This document shows positions 19,261-29,817 of a stretch of 64,000 nt of DNA, in pieces (position 1 is the first letter of the stretch; the number at the start of each line of letters is the position of its first letter). The translations under genes and the position numbers were made by a program. The notes under the pieces were generated by a model, which searched no databases, was not told the DNA's origin, and saw only the letters and a list, made by a program, of their open reading frames with translations. The stretch is from an uncultured Actinomycetota bacterium (GTDB taxonomy: Bacteria > Actinomycetota > Actinomycetes > DATJPE01). The stretch is taken from contig CAWFYH010000004.1 of the NCBI GenBank assembly GCA_963819985.1, positions 323,246 to 387,245 on the forward strand, written 5' to 3'.

Positions 19261-19707
19261 ATGGTGCAAGCAACTATCCGCCGAGCCTCCGAAGCCAACC
19301 GCGCGCTCGCCAACGCCCTGTATGCCGTCGTCCAAGGTGCTCGGCATGCCGTTCAGGACCCGGTCGACCGCGTGACGGCGACGATGCTGGCCGACGTGGG
19401 ACGGCTCGGACCGATCCGCCCCTCGGACCTCGCCGACCAGCTGCGGCTGGACTTGTCGACCGTGAGCAGACACGTCTCGGCTCTGGTCGACAAGGGGCTG
19501 CTCGTTCGCAGCGTGCACCCTGACGATGCCCGCGCCCAGCAGCTGACCCTCACCGACACGGGCCGGCACACCCTGGCAGAGATCCTCGACAACCGGGCCG
19601 CGACCCTGGGGCGAGCCACGAAGCACTGGTCGTCCGCCGACCGGTCTCAGCTCAGCACCCTGCTCGAGCGCCTCGCTGACGACCTGAAAGTGGACAACCA
19701 CCGATGA
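19261..19707 (+). CDS. MarR family transcriptional regulator
   Basis: 148 aa with a winged HTH (LSTVSRHVSALVDKGLL). The stop overlaps the start of the downstream MFS gene (ATGA). Confidence 0.8.
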   Translation: MVQATIRRASEANRALANALYAVVQGARHAVQDPVDRVTATMLADVGRLGPIRPSDLADQLRLDLSTVSRHVSALVDKGLLVRSVHPDDARAQQLTLTDTGRHTLAEILDNRAATLGRATKHWSSADRSQLSTLLERLADDLKVDNHR

Positions 19708-21398
19708 GCAACACCACCCCCGGCACCACCCAGCCGCCCGGCCAGCAGATGAGCGTGCCAGGGCTCCTCAGCCACCGACAGATCATGATTGTGCTGACCG
19801 GGCTGATGACCGGCATCCTGCTGGCCTCACTCGACCAGACCATCGTCTCGACCGCGCTGCCGACCATCGTCGGTGAACTAGGCGGGATCGATCACATCTC
19901 GTGGGTGGTCACGGCCTATCTGTTGGCGTCGACGGCTTCCACGCCGCTGTACGGGAAGATCAGCGACATCTACGGTCGTCGGCCGGTCTATCAGTTCGCG
20001 ATCGTCGTCTTCCTGATCGGCTCGGTCCTGGCGGGGCTGTCGCAGGAGATGTGGCAACTCGTAGGAGCCCGAGCCATCCAGGGCCTGGGAGGCGGCGGTC
20101 TGATGTCGCTGGCCTTCGCGATCATCGGCGACATCATCCCGCCCCGTGAGCGTGGTCGCTATCAGGGCTTGTTCGGAGCCGTCTTCGGAGTCTCGAGCAT
20201 CGTGGGACCCCTCCTCGGAGGCTTCTTCGTCGACCAGCTCACCTGGCGCTGGATCTTCTTCATCAACATCCCGCTCGGCATCCTCGCCCTGGTCGTCACC
20301 AGCTCGGTCCTCAGGCACCTCCACCACGTGCGCCGCGACCACCAGATCGACTACGTCGGAGCCGTACTTCTCGTCGGCGCCGTGTGCAGCCTGCTGTTCG
20401 CGCTTGTGCGCGGAAACGAATTGGGGTGGTCCTCGCCGTTCATCTTGTCCCTGCTCGTCGCTGCCGGCGTCCTCACTGCGATCTTCTTGTGGTGGGAGAG
20501 CCGGGTAGCGGAGCCGATCCTCCCCCTCGACCTGTTCCGGATCCCCACAGTCCGGGTCGGTGGTGGAGTCGGGTTCCTCGTCGGTTTCGCGATGTTCGGC
20601 GCGATCGTCTACCTGCCGGTCTACCTCCAGATCGTCATGGGTGTCTCGCCAACGAAGTCCGGGCTCATGCTCCTGCCGCTGATGTTCGGGCTGCTCACCG
20701 CCTCGATCACCTCCGGTCGAATCATCACTCGGATCGGCCGGTACCGGATGTTCCCGATCCTGGGTACGGCGCTGATCATCGTCGCCGTCTCCCTGCTGAC
20801 GACTCTCAGCACGACAACGCCCTACCTCGTGATGGCGCTGTTCCTACTCATCCTCGGCGTCGGGATCGGCTGCACCATGCAGGTCGTCGTCCTGGCCATC
20901 CAAAACGCCGTGGACCCGAAGCAGATGGGGGTGGCGACCTCCACCGCGACGTTCCTGCGCTCCATGGGCGGAACGTTCGGGACAGCCATCTTCGGCACGG
21001 TGCTGATCAGCACGCTCAACTCGGAGCTGGCCTCTCGGATCCCAGCCGAGAACCTCGCCGGTATCAACCCCAGCAAGCTCACAGGCTCCCCGCAAGTGAT
21101 TCTGGCGCTGCCCGATGTCCTTCGGATCCCGGTGATCGAGTCGTTCGTCCGGGCCCTCGATCAAGTCTTCCTCACAGCCGTTCCCGTTGCTATCGCGGCG
21201 TTCCTGCTGGCGCTGTTCCTCAAGGAGCAGCGGCTGCGCGAGCGCGACGAGATGACGCCGCAAACGACTCAGTCAGAGCCGGGCCATGACGCTCCGGAGC
21301 CCACGGAGATGCCGATGTCTGAGATCGCTGAGCTGGCTGAGGCACCCGAGACGGACGCGCCTGAGGCTCAGGTGCCCGAAGTCCCCTCCCGCCAGTAG
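19704..21398 (+). CDS. MFS transporter, DHA2 (EmrB/QacA) drug-efflux family, 14 TMS
   Basis: 564 aa. Motif A GKISDIYGRRP, 14 hydrophobic segments, acidic C-terminal tail. Confidence 0.85.
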   Translation: MSNTTPGTTQPPGQQMSVPGLLSHRQIMIVLTGLMTGILLASLDQTIVSTALPTIVGELGGIDHISWVVTAYLLASTASTPLYGKISDIYGRRPVYQFAIVVFLIGSVLAGLSQEMWQLVGARAIQGLGGGGLMSLAFAIIGDIIPPRERGRYQGLFGAVFGVSSIVGPLLGGFFVDQLTWRWIFFINIPLGILALVVTSSVLRHLHHVRRDHQIDYVGAVLLVGAVCSLLFALVRGNELGWSSPFILSLLVAAGVLTAIFLWWESRVAEPILPLDLFRIPTVRVGGGVGFLVGFAMFGAIVYLPVYLQIVMGVSPTKSGLMLLPLMFGLLTASITSGRIITRIGRYRMFPILGTALIIVAVSLLTTLSTTTPYLVMALFLLILGVGIGCTMQVVVLAIQNAVDPKQMGVATSTATFLRSMGGTFGTAIFGTVLISTLNSELASRIPAENLAGINPSKLTGSPQVILALPDVLRIPVIESFVRALDQVFLTAVPVAIAAFLLALFLKEQRLRERDEMTPQTTQSEPGHDAPEPTEMPMSEIAELAEAPETDAPEAQVPEVPSRQ

Positions 21399-22333
21399 CC
21401 CGGCGCCAGGAGCAGCGCCCCCGCACCTATCAGACCGGCCGCGCTGCCGAGTTGGGCCTTGTCGACGGTGAGTCCGGACACGTAGGGCAACCGAGCGTGC
21501 TCGGCAAGGGCGGCTCGCGCCGGGTCGATCAGCAGCGACCCGGCCTCGGCCAGCCCGCCCCCGATGACAAACCTAGGCACATCGAGCAAGGCCGCGACTG
21601 AGGCAAGAGCGACACCGACGGCGCGCCCGGCCCGAGCGAGGGCAGCTCGAGCTATCTCGTCGCCCGCCCGCGCGGAGTCAGTGAGGGTCACTCCCGAAAA
21701 GACCTCGCCGGGTGGCGGGCTCCAGCCCTCTGACGTCGCCCACGTGACAGACGCCGGACCACTCGCCACGGCCTCCAGGCAGCCGCGCCCGCCGCAGGCG
21801 CAGGCTGGACCATCGGGATCCACCACGATGTGGCCCAAATGGCCGGCGTTCCCAGTGGCGCCGTCCACGATTCTGCCGCCAAGAACGATCCCCCCGCCGA
21901 CCCCCGTCGACACCACCAGTCCGACCATGTCCCGATGCCCTCGGCCGGCACCGACCCAGTGCTCGCCAGCCGCGAAGCAGACCGCGTCATTGTGAACGCG
22001 GACGGGGACAGCGGGATAGCTCTGCACGAGCCGTGCGCGGAGCGGGAACTCGCGCCACGCAGGAATGTTGAGTGGGGAGACGATCCCCGCTGGCCAGCGC
22101 ATGGGCCCCCCGCAGCCAACTCCGATCCCGGCGATCGAGACCGAGCCACGCGCTTGTTCCAACAACTCATTCGCGGTCGCCCAGAGCACCTCAGCATCGG
22201 CGGGAACGCCTTGCGGCGTCGGAGCACGTACGGCGTTCACGACCTCGCCGTCGGGCGTGACCAGCCCGGCCGCCAACTTGGTGCCCCCAATGTCGAGCGC
22301 GAGAACCGGGGCGCCCGAGGGAGGCCGGCTCAT
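21368..22333 (-). CDS. ROK family protein (sugar kinase)
   Basis: N-terminal LALDIGGTK. ROK signature including the CxCGxxGCxE zinc motif (CACGGRGCLE). Confidence 0.8.
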   Translation of the reverse strand: MSRPPSGAPVLALDIGGTKLAAGLVTPDGEVVNAVRAPTPQGVPADAEVLWATANELLEQARGSVSIAGIGVGCGGPMRWPAGIVSPLNIPAWREFPLRARLVQSYPAVPVRVHNDAVCFAAGEHWVGAGRGHRDMVGLVVSTGVGGGIVLGGRIVDGATGNAGHLGHIVVDPDGPACACGGRGCLEAVASGPASVTWATSEGWSPPPGEVFSGVTLTDSARAGDEIARAALARAGRAVGVALASVAALLDVPRFVIGGGLAEAGSLLIDPARAALAEHARLPYVSGLTVDKAQLGSAAGLIGAGALLLAPGYWREGTSGT

Positions 22334-23508
22334 TGCTCCGGGATGGGGGGCGAACCGAGCACCAGCATGGTGGCGGTGAAGGCATGCAGATGGTTGCGAT
22401 CACCCACGGGTCCGATCTCGCCGTTGGCGAAGAACCCGGCGACACGACGGGTTCCCAGTCCCGCTCGCACGGTGAGCACGTCGTGCTCTGCTGCTCCGAA
22501 CAGCGCCTCACCCCGGTTGTTGCACGAGAAGAGCAAGGCACCCGCGGCGTCGAGGTCAGCGGCGGCGCGGAACCGGGCCAGGGACCCGAGCAGGTCGCTC
22601 GAGGCTGCCTCAGCATCTCGGACGTGGAAGCGAACCGTCTGACCCACCGCCACGACGTCGCCCACGGCCACGGCGCCGCGCGAGTCATCTGCGCCGACGA
22701 GTCCGCGCACCAGGAAGTCGCCCTGGCCGTGTTCCTCCGCGTAGTCGTCCATGGCGATCCCGAGCTGAAGGCCACCGGCGGCACGAGCCTGGTCTTCGGG
22801 CTCGAGGTCGGCGACCACCTCGCGAAGCTTGTCCAGGGCCGGTCGACCGGCGAGCCCGAGCAGCAGGTTGCCCTCGCTCGCCGTCACCGTCATGGTCGGC
22901 CCTACGGGCCGGCATCCCTGGCTGACCAAAGTCCGCGCGAAGGCAGCCCCAGAGATCAGGATCCCGACCCCGCCTCGGTTCACCACACGACCGTCCACCA
23001 TCAACCGCGTCCCCCCCGCGCCGGAGAGGCCGGTAGCAACCCCGCCGACCAGCGGCAGCCCGGGCAACGTCTCGTTGCTACGGCTCACGAACCCGTCGAC
23101 GGGGAAGGTCCACGGGTCTACCAACAGCATCCCGACCGTGGCGTCGTCCACCGGGGGCATTCCCACAACGGTCATGGCGGCGTCACTGCGCAGCACCTCG
23201 AGGTGGAACGAGCGCAGGCGGAGCTCCGGCGCCGCTGCCAACCACACCGACACCGCAGCCTGGCCCTCGACTGCTTGGCCCGCGCCGAGAACTCCATCTG
23301 CTGAGCAGCCCACGACCGTCGCGGCGCCACAGCGCCGCGCGGCGTGGGCCAGGGCCTCGCCGGCGTCGTCCGGCTCCATGCCGCTGACGAACACGCAGGC
23401 CAGGTTCGGTAGCTGGCCGTCCAGCGGGAGCAGCGCCTCGGTCACGGCGAGCTCGACCGCGCGCTCGGGGCTGACCCCGACCGCGAGACCGTCCCCGCAC
23501 CGCACCAC
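22330..23508 (-). CDS. FIST domain signal-sensor protein
   Basis: FIST-N-like block (LACVFVSG...ATVVGCSADGVLG) and a C-terminal FIST-C-like region. Start uncertain: GTG at 23508 or 23505, or TTG at 23520. Confidence 0.65.
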   Translation of the reverse strand: MVRCGDGLAVGVSPERAVELAVTEALLPLDGQLPNLACVFVSGMEPDDAGEALAHAARRCGAATVVGCSADGVLGAGQAVEGQAAVSVWLAAAPELRLRSFHLEVLRSDAAMTVVGMPPVDDATVGMLLVDPWTFPVDGFVSRSNETLPGLPLVGGVATGLSGAGGTRLMVDGRVVNRGGVGILISGAAFARTLVSQGCRPVGPTMTVTASEGNLLLGLAGRPALDKLREVVADLEPEDQARAAGGLQLGIAMDDYAEEHGQGDFLVRGLVGADDSRGAVAVGDVVAVGQTVRFHVRDAEAASSDLLGSLARFRAAADLDAAGALLFSCNNRGEALFGAAEHDVLTVRAGLGTRRVAGFFANGEIGPVGDRNHLHAFTATMLVLGSPPIPEQ

Positions 23509-23578
23509 GCGGCTATCCAACCCCCTGGGCTTGGCGACGGCTGATGCGGGTTGGACGCGGGAGACGTACGTTCGTGAC

Positions 23579-25009
23579 GTGACTTCCTTGAATGCGCCCC
23601 CGCATGGGGCGCCCCCCACACCTCCGAACGACCTACCCGCCACCCTCGGCGAGCTGCGCGCGAGCGGGCACGAGCACCATGCGGTGAAGGCCGAGATCCG
23701 GGCAAACTTGCTGGCTCGGCTCGCTGCCGGTGACGACCCGTTCCCCGGCATCGTCGGTTTCGACGAGACCGTGCGGCCCGATCTGGAACGCGCGCTCCTG
23801 GCCGGCCACGACATCGTCCTGCTCGGGGAACGGGGGCAGGGGAAGACCCGGTTGATCAGATCACTTGTGGGCCTGCTCGACCCGTGGACCCCGGTCCTGG
23901 CTGGATCCGAGCTCAACGAACACCCCTACGCACCGGTGACCGCGTGGGGACGACGCCAAGTGGCCGAGCACGGCGAACGAACGCCGATCGACTGGTTGTC
24001 CGCCGACGACCGCTATGGGGAGAAGCTGGCCACGCCCGACACGAGTGTTGGAGACCTCATCGGCGACGTGGACCCGATCAAGGTGGCCGAGGGTCGCACC
24101 CTCGGGGATCCGGAGACCATCCACTACGGGCTGGTTCCCCGCACGAACCGCGGCATCTTCGCGGTCAACGAGCTCCCCGACCTCGCCGAGCGCATCCAGG
24201 TGTCGCTGCTCAACGTGCTGGAGGAGCGCGACATCCAGGTCCGCGGCTACCGTCTGCGGCTCCCTCTCGATCTGCTCCTGGTGGCCAGCGCCAACCCCGA
24301 GGACTACACCAACAGGGGCCGCATCATCACCCCGCTCAAGGACCGATTCGGCGCTGAGATCCGCACGCACTACCCACTTCGCCTGGCCGACGAGACCCGG
24401 TTGGTACGCCAGGAGGCCGCACTCGTGGCCACCGTGCCAGAGCACTTGGTCGAGGCGATCGGACGCTTCACGCGAGCCGTCCGAGAATCCCCAGCCGTCG
24501 ACACCCGCTCCGGGGTTTCGGCGCGGTTTGCGGTCGCCGCCACTGAGACCGTTGCGGCCTCGGCCCTGCGGCGGGCCGCGATCACCGGTGAGTCGCCAGC
24601 GGTGGCTCGGGTATGCGACCTGCCGTCGGTGGTCGCCACGATCCGGGGGAAGGTCGAGTTCGAGGTCAGTGAAGAGGGCCGTGAGATCGAGGTGCTGGAG
24701 CACTTGCTGCGACGCGCAGTCGCGGAAACCTTCCGCGCCCGGCTCGGTGGCGCAGACCTGAGCGCTCTGACGGCACGGTTCGAGGACGGCGGAAGCGTCG
24801 AGAGCGGCGACCTTGTCACCGCCGAGGAGCTCCTCCGGCGACTCGGGCCGGTCGAGGGCCTCGGGGCCTTGGTGTCACGACTCGGCGAGGACTCGACCGA
24901 GCCGGGCGCGGTAGCGGCGGCCGTGGAGTTGGCGTTGGAGGGGCTCTACCTCAATCGCCGGATCTCCAAGGACAGCATCCCAGGGCGCAGCGTCTACGGC
25001 GGAGGCTGA
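23579..25009 (+). CDS. AAA+ ATPase, ChlI/MoxR-like (magnesium-chelatase-like; Rv0958-type)
   Basis: Walker A LLGERGQGKTRL, Walker B LFAVNELPD, arginine-finger region. Start at GTG 23579. Confidence 0.75.
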   Translation: MTSLNAPPHGAPPTPPNDLPATLGELRASGHEHHAVKAEIRANLLARLAAGDDPFPGIVGFDETVRPDLERALLAGHDIVLLGERGQGKTRLIRSLVGLLDPWTPVLAGSELNEHPYAPVTAWGRRQVAEHGERTPIDWLSADDRYGEKLATPDTSVGDLIGDVDPIKVAEGRTLGDPETIHYGLVPRTNRGIFAVNELPDLAERIQVSLLNVLEERDIQVRGYRLRLPLDLLLVASANPEDYTNRGRIITPLKDRFGAEIRTHYPLRLADETRLVRQEAALVATVPEHLVEAIGRFTRAVRESPAVDTRSGVSARFAVAATETVAASALRRAAITGESPAVARVCDLPSVVATIRGKVEFEVSEEGREIEVLEHLLRRAVAETFRARLGGADLSALTARFEDGGSVESGDLVTAEELLRRLGPVEGLGALVSRLGEDSTEPGAVAAAVELALEGLYLNRRISKDSIPGRSVYGGG

Positions 25010-25017
25010 GGTCCCCG

Positions 25018-26976
25018 GTGCACGACTACCGCTACGGCGCCTACGACGACGGTCCGGACCCCCTCGCGGCGCCGTACGACGTCGCCGAAGCAGTCGACGC
25101 CCTGGGTGAGGAGGTGCTGGCCGGCGCTTCGGCGTCAGAGGCGCTGCGGGAGCTGTTGGATCGAGGAACTGACCGGCTCCAGGGGCTGGACGCCCTGCGA
25201 CGACGTACGCAACAACGCCTGCGCCAGGTGCGTGAGCGTGGCGCTCTGGGCGGAACTCTCGAGGAGGTCCGCGAACTGCTCGAGGAGGCCGTGGGCCAGG
25301 AGCAGGCCGCGCTGTTCCCTGACCCCTCCGACGATGCCCGGTGGCGTGAGCAGCAGCTGGACGCCCTCCCGAACGCGACGGCGCAAGCCGTGCAGGAACT
25401 GTCGGGCTATGACTGGCGATCGCCCGAAGCACGGGCGACGTACGAGCGGATCGGCGAGCTGCTGCGGGCCGAGGTGCTCGACCAGCAGTTCCGGGGAATG
25501 AAGGCTGCGCTGGAGTCCCCTGATCCCGAGGCCATGGCGCGCGTCAAGGACATGCTGGCCGATCTCAACGCCATGCTCGCCAAGGACTCCCGCGGCGAGG
25601 ACACCGCCGAGGACTTCGACCGGTTCATGCAGTCTTATGGGGACTTCTTCCCCGATGAGCCTCAGACATTGGAAGAGCTGGTCGACTCCCTGGCCCGACG
25701 GGCCGCAGCTGCCGAACGGATGATGGCCTCCCTCACACCGGAGCAGCGCGCGGAACTGTCGGTTCTCATGGAGCAGTCGATGGGAGACCTCGACCTGTCC
25801 GCTCAGCTGGCTCAACTGGGAGATCAGCTGGCCGAGCGACGTCCGGACCTGGACCGCAACACGCGCGCGCGGATGCGTGGTGAGGAACCGCTTGGTCTCG
25901 GTGACGGAACATCAGCGCTGGAAGAACTGGCCGACCTCGAGGCCCTCGAGGGGTCGTTGGCCCAGGACTACAACGGCGCGTCGCTCGCCGACGTGGATGA
26001 GGATGCGGTGCGCCGCGCCCTGGGCCGACAGGCCGTCGACAACCTCGACGAGCTACGTCGGGTGGAGCGTGAGCTGGAGGCGCAGGGATACCTCGTCCGT
26101 CGATCGGGAGAGCTCGAGCTGACCGCCAAGGCCGTACGCCGACTCGGCCGAACCGCCTTGACCAAAGTCTTCGCCTCCCTGTCGGCCGGCCATCGCGGCG
26201 CCCACGACGTCCGCTCGGCCGGTGCCGCAGGCGACCTCACCGGCGCCACGCGGGCCTGGCGCTTCGGGGACGAGCAACCCCTCGACGTCGTACGGACCTT
26301 GTCGAACGCGGTCCTGCGGACCGGACCCCGCGGTGCCGGCCAGGACATCCGCCTGGCCGTCGACGACTTCGAGGTTCGCGAAACCGAGCGACGGACGTCT
26401 GCAGCCGTGTGCCTGCTCGTCGACGTGTCCTACTCCATGGTGCTCAACGGCACCTGGGGTTCGGCCAAGCAGACAGCGCTCGCATTGCACACCCTGGTAT
26501 CGACGGCCTATCCGCAGGATGCCTTGCAGGTCATCGGATTCTCCGACTACGCACGGGAGCTGCAACCCGCCGAGCTCGCCGGTCTCGACTGGGACATGGT
26601 GCAGGGAACCAACCTCCAGCACGCCTTGCTGATGGCCGGACGGTTCGTCGACCGTCACCCCGACTTCGAACCAGTCGTGCTGGTCGTGACCGATGGGGAA
26701 CCCACCGCGCACCTCACTCGGGATGGGCGCTCGTACTTCGACTGGCCACCCGCGCCAGAGACCCTCGAGTTGACGCTTGCCGAGGTGGACAAGATGACCC
26801 GCCGCGGAGCCACCCTCAACATCTTCATGCTGGGGGACGAGGAGCGTCTTCGGCGCTTCGTAGAAGAGGTCGCGCGACGCAACGGCGGCCGCGTGTTCAA
26901 CCCAGAAGCCGGCCGGCTCGGCGACTACGTGGTGAGCGATTTCTTGAAGTCCCGTCAAGCAATCGGGCGTCGCTGA
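25018..26976 (+). CDS. VWA domain-containing protein (BchD-like; Rv0959-type partner of the AAA+ ATPase)
   Basis: C-terminal von Willebrand A domain with a MIDAS motif (DVSYSM...T.G). Long acidic linker in the middle. GTG start 9 nt after the stop of the ATPase gene. Confidence 0.8.
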   Translation: MHDYRYGAYDDGPDPLAAPYDVAEAVDALGEEVLAGASASEALRELLDRGTDRLQGLDALRRRTQQRLRQVRERGALGGTLEEVRELLEEAVGQEQAALFPDPSDDARWREQQLDALPNATAQAVQELSGYDWRSPEARATYERIGELLRAEVLDQQFRGMKAALESPDPEAMARVKDMLADLNAMLAKDSRGEDTAEDFDRFMQSYGDFFPDEPQTLEELVDSLARRAAAAERMMASLTPEQRAELSVLMEQSMGDLDLSAQLAQLGDQLAERRPDLDRNTRARMRGEEPLGLGDGTSALEELADLEALEGSLAQDYNGASLADVDEDAVRRALGRQAVDNLDELRRVERELEAQGYLVRRSGELELTAKAVRRLGRTALTKVFASLSAGHRGAHDVRSAGAAGDLTGATRAWRFGDEQPLDVVRTLSNAVLRTGPRGAGQDIRLAVDDFEVRETERRTSAAVCLLVDVSYSMVLNGTWGSAKQTALALHTLVSTAYPQDALQVIGFSDYARELQPAELAGLDWDMVQGTNLQHALLMAGRFVDRHPDFEPVVLVVTDGEPTAHLTRDGRSYFDWPPAPETLELTLAEVDKMTRRGATLNIFMLGDEERLRRFVEEVARRNGGRVFNPEAGRLGDYVVSDFLKSRQAIGRR

Positions 26977-27014
26977 CGACGCGGCCGTTGCGGCCGTGGG
27001 TGAAGGTAGATCGC

Positions 27015-27806
27015 TCAGGGAAGGTCTTTTAGACGCAGTGCGTTCGTATCCAGCGCGATGACCTCGTCGGCCCGACCTGCGAGGGATCGCCAGTCGTCGA
27101 CGGCAGCCCGAATGTAGCGACCCGACAGCTGGTCGAGCATCCCCGAGTCGATGTCAGTGATGAGATCGAGGGACTTGCCCACAGGGGTCCAGGTATCCGC
27201 GTCATCCCACAGATGGCCGAACACTTCAGCAGTCATGTCCGTCTTCACCATGCCGGGCGACATCGCGAACACACGTACGCCACTATCGAAACATTCTCCA
27301 GCGAGCGCCTCTGTGAACCGGTTGACCGCCGCTTTGCTCGCCATGTAGGCGGAGGTGAGAGTGCCGTCATTGTCGAGGCCCACGGGGAACGTAGCCGCAC
27401 CCGATGAGAGATTGATGATCCTGCCGCTTCCACGGCTCATCATCGCGGGGAGTAGGGACCTGCTGCACAAATAGGTGCCGCGCACGTTGATCTCAAATAT
27501 CTCCCACCAACTCTCCGGCGCCAAGTTCCACGTAAGACCGCTCCCTCCGGAGATCCCCGCGTTGTTGACTAGAAGGTCGGGCACACCGTGTTCGGCTTCG
27601 ATGCGGCCAAAGATCATCTCGACTGCAGATGGGTCCGCGACATCTAGCACCACTGGGACGGCGCCGGTCTCCTGAGCCAGCCGGTCAAGATCGGTTGTAT
27701 TGCGACCGATCGCAACGACAGCCATTCCCGTGGAGCTCAATCTCTGGGTCAGCGCCCGCCCGATTCCGCGGCTCGCTCCTGTCACAACTGCAAGCCGGTT
27801 CGCCAC
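27015..27806 (-). CDS. SDR family oxidoreductase
   Basis: TGASRGIG cofactor motif, NNAG, and a YxxxK catalytic pair. Confidence 0.85.
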   Translation of the reverse strand: MANRLAVVTGASRGIGRALTQRLSSTGMAVVAIGRNTTDLDRLAQETGAVPVVLDVADPSAVEMIFGRIEAEHGVPDLLVNNAGISGGSGLTWNLAPESWWEIFEINVRGTYLCSRSLLPAMMSRGSGRIINLSSGAATFPVGLDNDGTLTSAYMASKAAVNRFTEALAGECFDSGVRVFAMSPGMVKTDMTAEVFGHLWDDADTWTPVGKSLDLITDIDSGMLDQLSGRYIRAAVDDWRSLAGRADEVIALDTNALRLKDLP

Positions 27807-27835
27807 ACGAGCGACCCTAGAGGGTCAGCGCACCG

Positions 27836-28117
27836 TCATTGGCGACGCGCGATGATCGTTGGGCGCGCGAGAACTAGCCAGCATGCAATCGCACCAGTCG
27901 ACAGCAGCGCGGGTGTCCAATGGCCGAGCAGAAGTGAGGCCATCACGGCGCTGACGAAAGCGGTGAGGTTCGCCACAACGTCATAGCCGGGGGCGACGAA
28001 ATTCTTGTTGAGAACGTGGGCAACCGCGATCAGCAACCCGCAAGTGAACGTGACGGACAACAGGAAACTCACCACAGACCCAGTCTTCCCATGGGTTTGC
28101 GGAAGTTGTCCACACAT
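27836..28117 (-). CDS. Hypothetical small membrane protein
   Basis: 93 aa with 2–3 hydrophobic segments. Slightly lower GC. Immediately next to the DUF222/HNH element. Confidence 0.3.
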   Translation of the reverse strand: MCGQLPQTHGKTGSVVSFLLSVTFTCGLLIAVAHVLNKNFVAPGYDVVANLTAFVSAVMASLLLGHWTPALLSTGAIACWLVLARPTIIARRQ

Positions 28118-28136
28118 CTGCTTCTGGCTCTGGTGA

Positions 28137-29817
28137 GTGTCGGAGGTGGTCGGTAATATCCAACGTATGTCCGCATCAGAGGTTCAGGTGGTGGATCCAG
28201 CTCCCGAGCTGGCCGCCACAGACCTGACTGGGCTGGTGTGGGAGGACTCCGCGGACTACTCCACCACCCACGGCCTCGCGGACGGCAGGATCGAGCTGAG
28301 CGCCGAGCTCAGTGCTGAGGACCTCGCCGGGCTGGACGCTGAGCTGGAGGAGCTGCTCGCGGCGGAGCGTCGTGCGGGTGATCCGACGGTCTCGGATCTG
28401 GGTGGCTGGACCGATGAGGCGATCGTGGCCGAGGCCGCCCGTCTGGAGCGGGTGGGGCGGTTCGCGGCCGGGCGTGGCCTGGAACTCGCCCACGAATTGG
28501 CCTGCCCGCCGCCCGGATCCCTCCGGTGACCCCGATGAGGCCGGCCTGTCGGGCTATGCGGTGGAGGAGATCTCGCTGGCGGCGGGGATCACCCGCTACG
28601 CCGCCTGCCACCGCGTCGCGCAGGCCGACACCCTGCACACCCGGTTCCCGCGGCTGCTGGCCGCGATCAAGGCCGGGCTGGTCACCGACTACGCCCTGGC
28701 CGCGGTGCTCGAGGCCACCGTCGAACTGTCCCCCGAGCTGTGCACCGAGCTGGAGACCCGGTTGCTGACCCGCGCCGGTCGCGGAGTCGTCGCCGACCTC
28801 GCCGCCCTGACGCCCGAGCAGATGGCCGCCCTGTCCGATGAGCAGGTGATGGCGGTGTCGGTGAAGGCCTCCCGGTCCTGGCTCGCGCGGGTCGCCCGGG
28901 ACCTGACCAACCGCCTGGACCCCACCGCCGCCGCCCGCAAACGCGAGAACGCCCGCAAAGGCCGCCGGGTCAGTGTGGAACACGGCGCGGACGCCATGTC
29001 CTGGCTGAGCATCTACGGACCCGCCGGGCGCATCCAAGCCGCCTACGACCACCTCGACGACCTCGCCCGACTCTCCTCAACCGATGACAGCGACTCGCGG
29101 ACCCTGGACGCCAAACGCGCCGACGTCGCCATCGACCTGCTGCGCGGCGCCGGCGTCAGCTCCGACGGCGAGCCGATTCCCCCAGTCCCAGTCAACTTGC
29201 ACCTCATCATCGACCACACCACCAATAGCGGCGGGACCGGTAGCGAAGCACAGACCGGTGACCCCAGTTCGGACGGCGGCCCGCTGGGTGGTCGGGGCAA
29301 GGGTCGGGTGACGGGTGAGCTCGGCGGGCTCGGCCCGGTCGACGCCGACACCCTGCACGACCTCCTCGACCTCGCGAGGGAGACCGCCGGCGTGGTCGAC
29401 GGGATCTACGCCACCGACCAGCCGTGTCCCGGCCCCGATGTCCACGACAGTGAGGGTCCCGGACCCTACGTCCCGAACGAGAAGCTCAAGGCCTACCTGC
29501 GCGTCACCCACCGCACCTGCATCTTCCCCGGCTGCCAACGCCAGTCGCGGCGTTGTCACCTCGACCACACCCTGCGCTACCCCGAAGGACCCACCTGCTC
29601 CTGCAACCTCGCGCCGCTATGCGTAAGGCACCACCTGTTGAAACACCACGCCCCGGGCTGGCAACTCACCAACCACGGCAACGGCCACCTAACCTGGACC
29701 ACCCCCACCGGCCGACGCATCCACGTCGTCCCCCACGACGGCGACGACGACGTCGGCCAAGACGACGACCCAGCGCCACCAGCAGGCACGCCACCCGACG
29801 AAGAACCGCCCTACTGA
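28137..29817 (+). pseudogene. DUF222/HNH endonuclease family gene (REP13E12-like), disrupted by a frameshift near 28500–28510
   Basis: The N-terminal 130 aa (ORF 28137..28529, ...EAARLERVGRFAAGRGLELAHELA) continues in the +1 frame (..RRPDPSGDPDEAGLSGYAVEEISLAAG..). Deleting one base in gcctgcccgcc restores ELAARRPDP, which matches the family consensus. C-terminal HNH motifs CxxPGC...CHLDH...HH are present. Confidence 0.6.
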
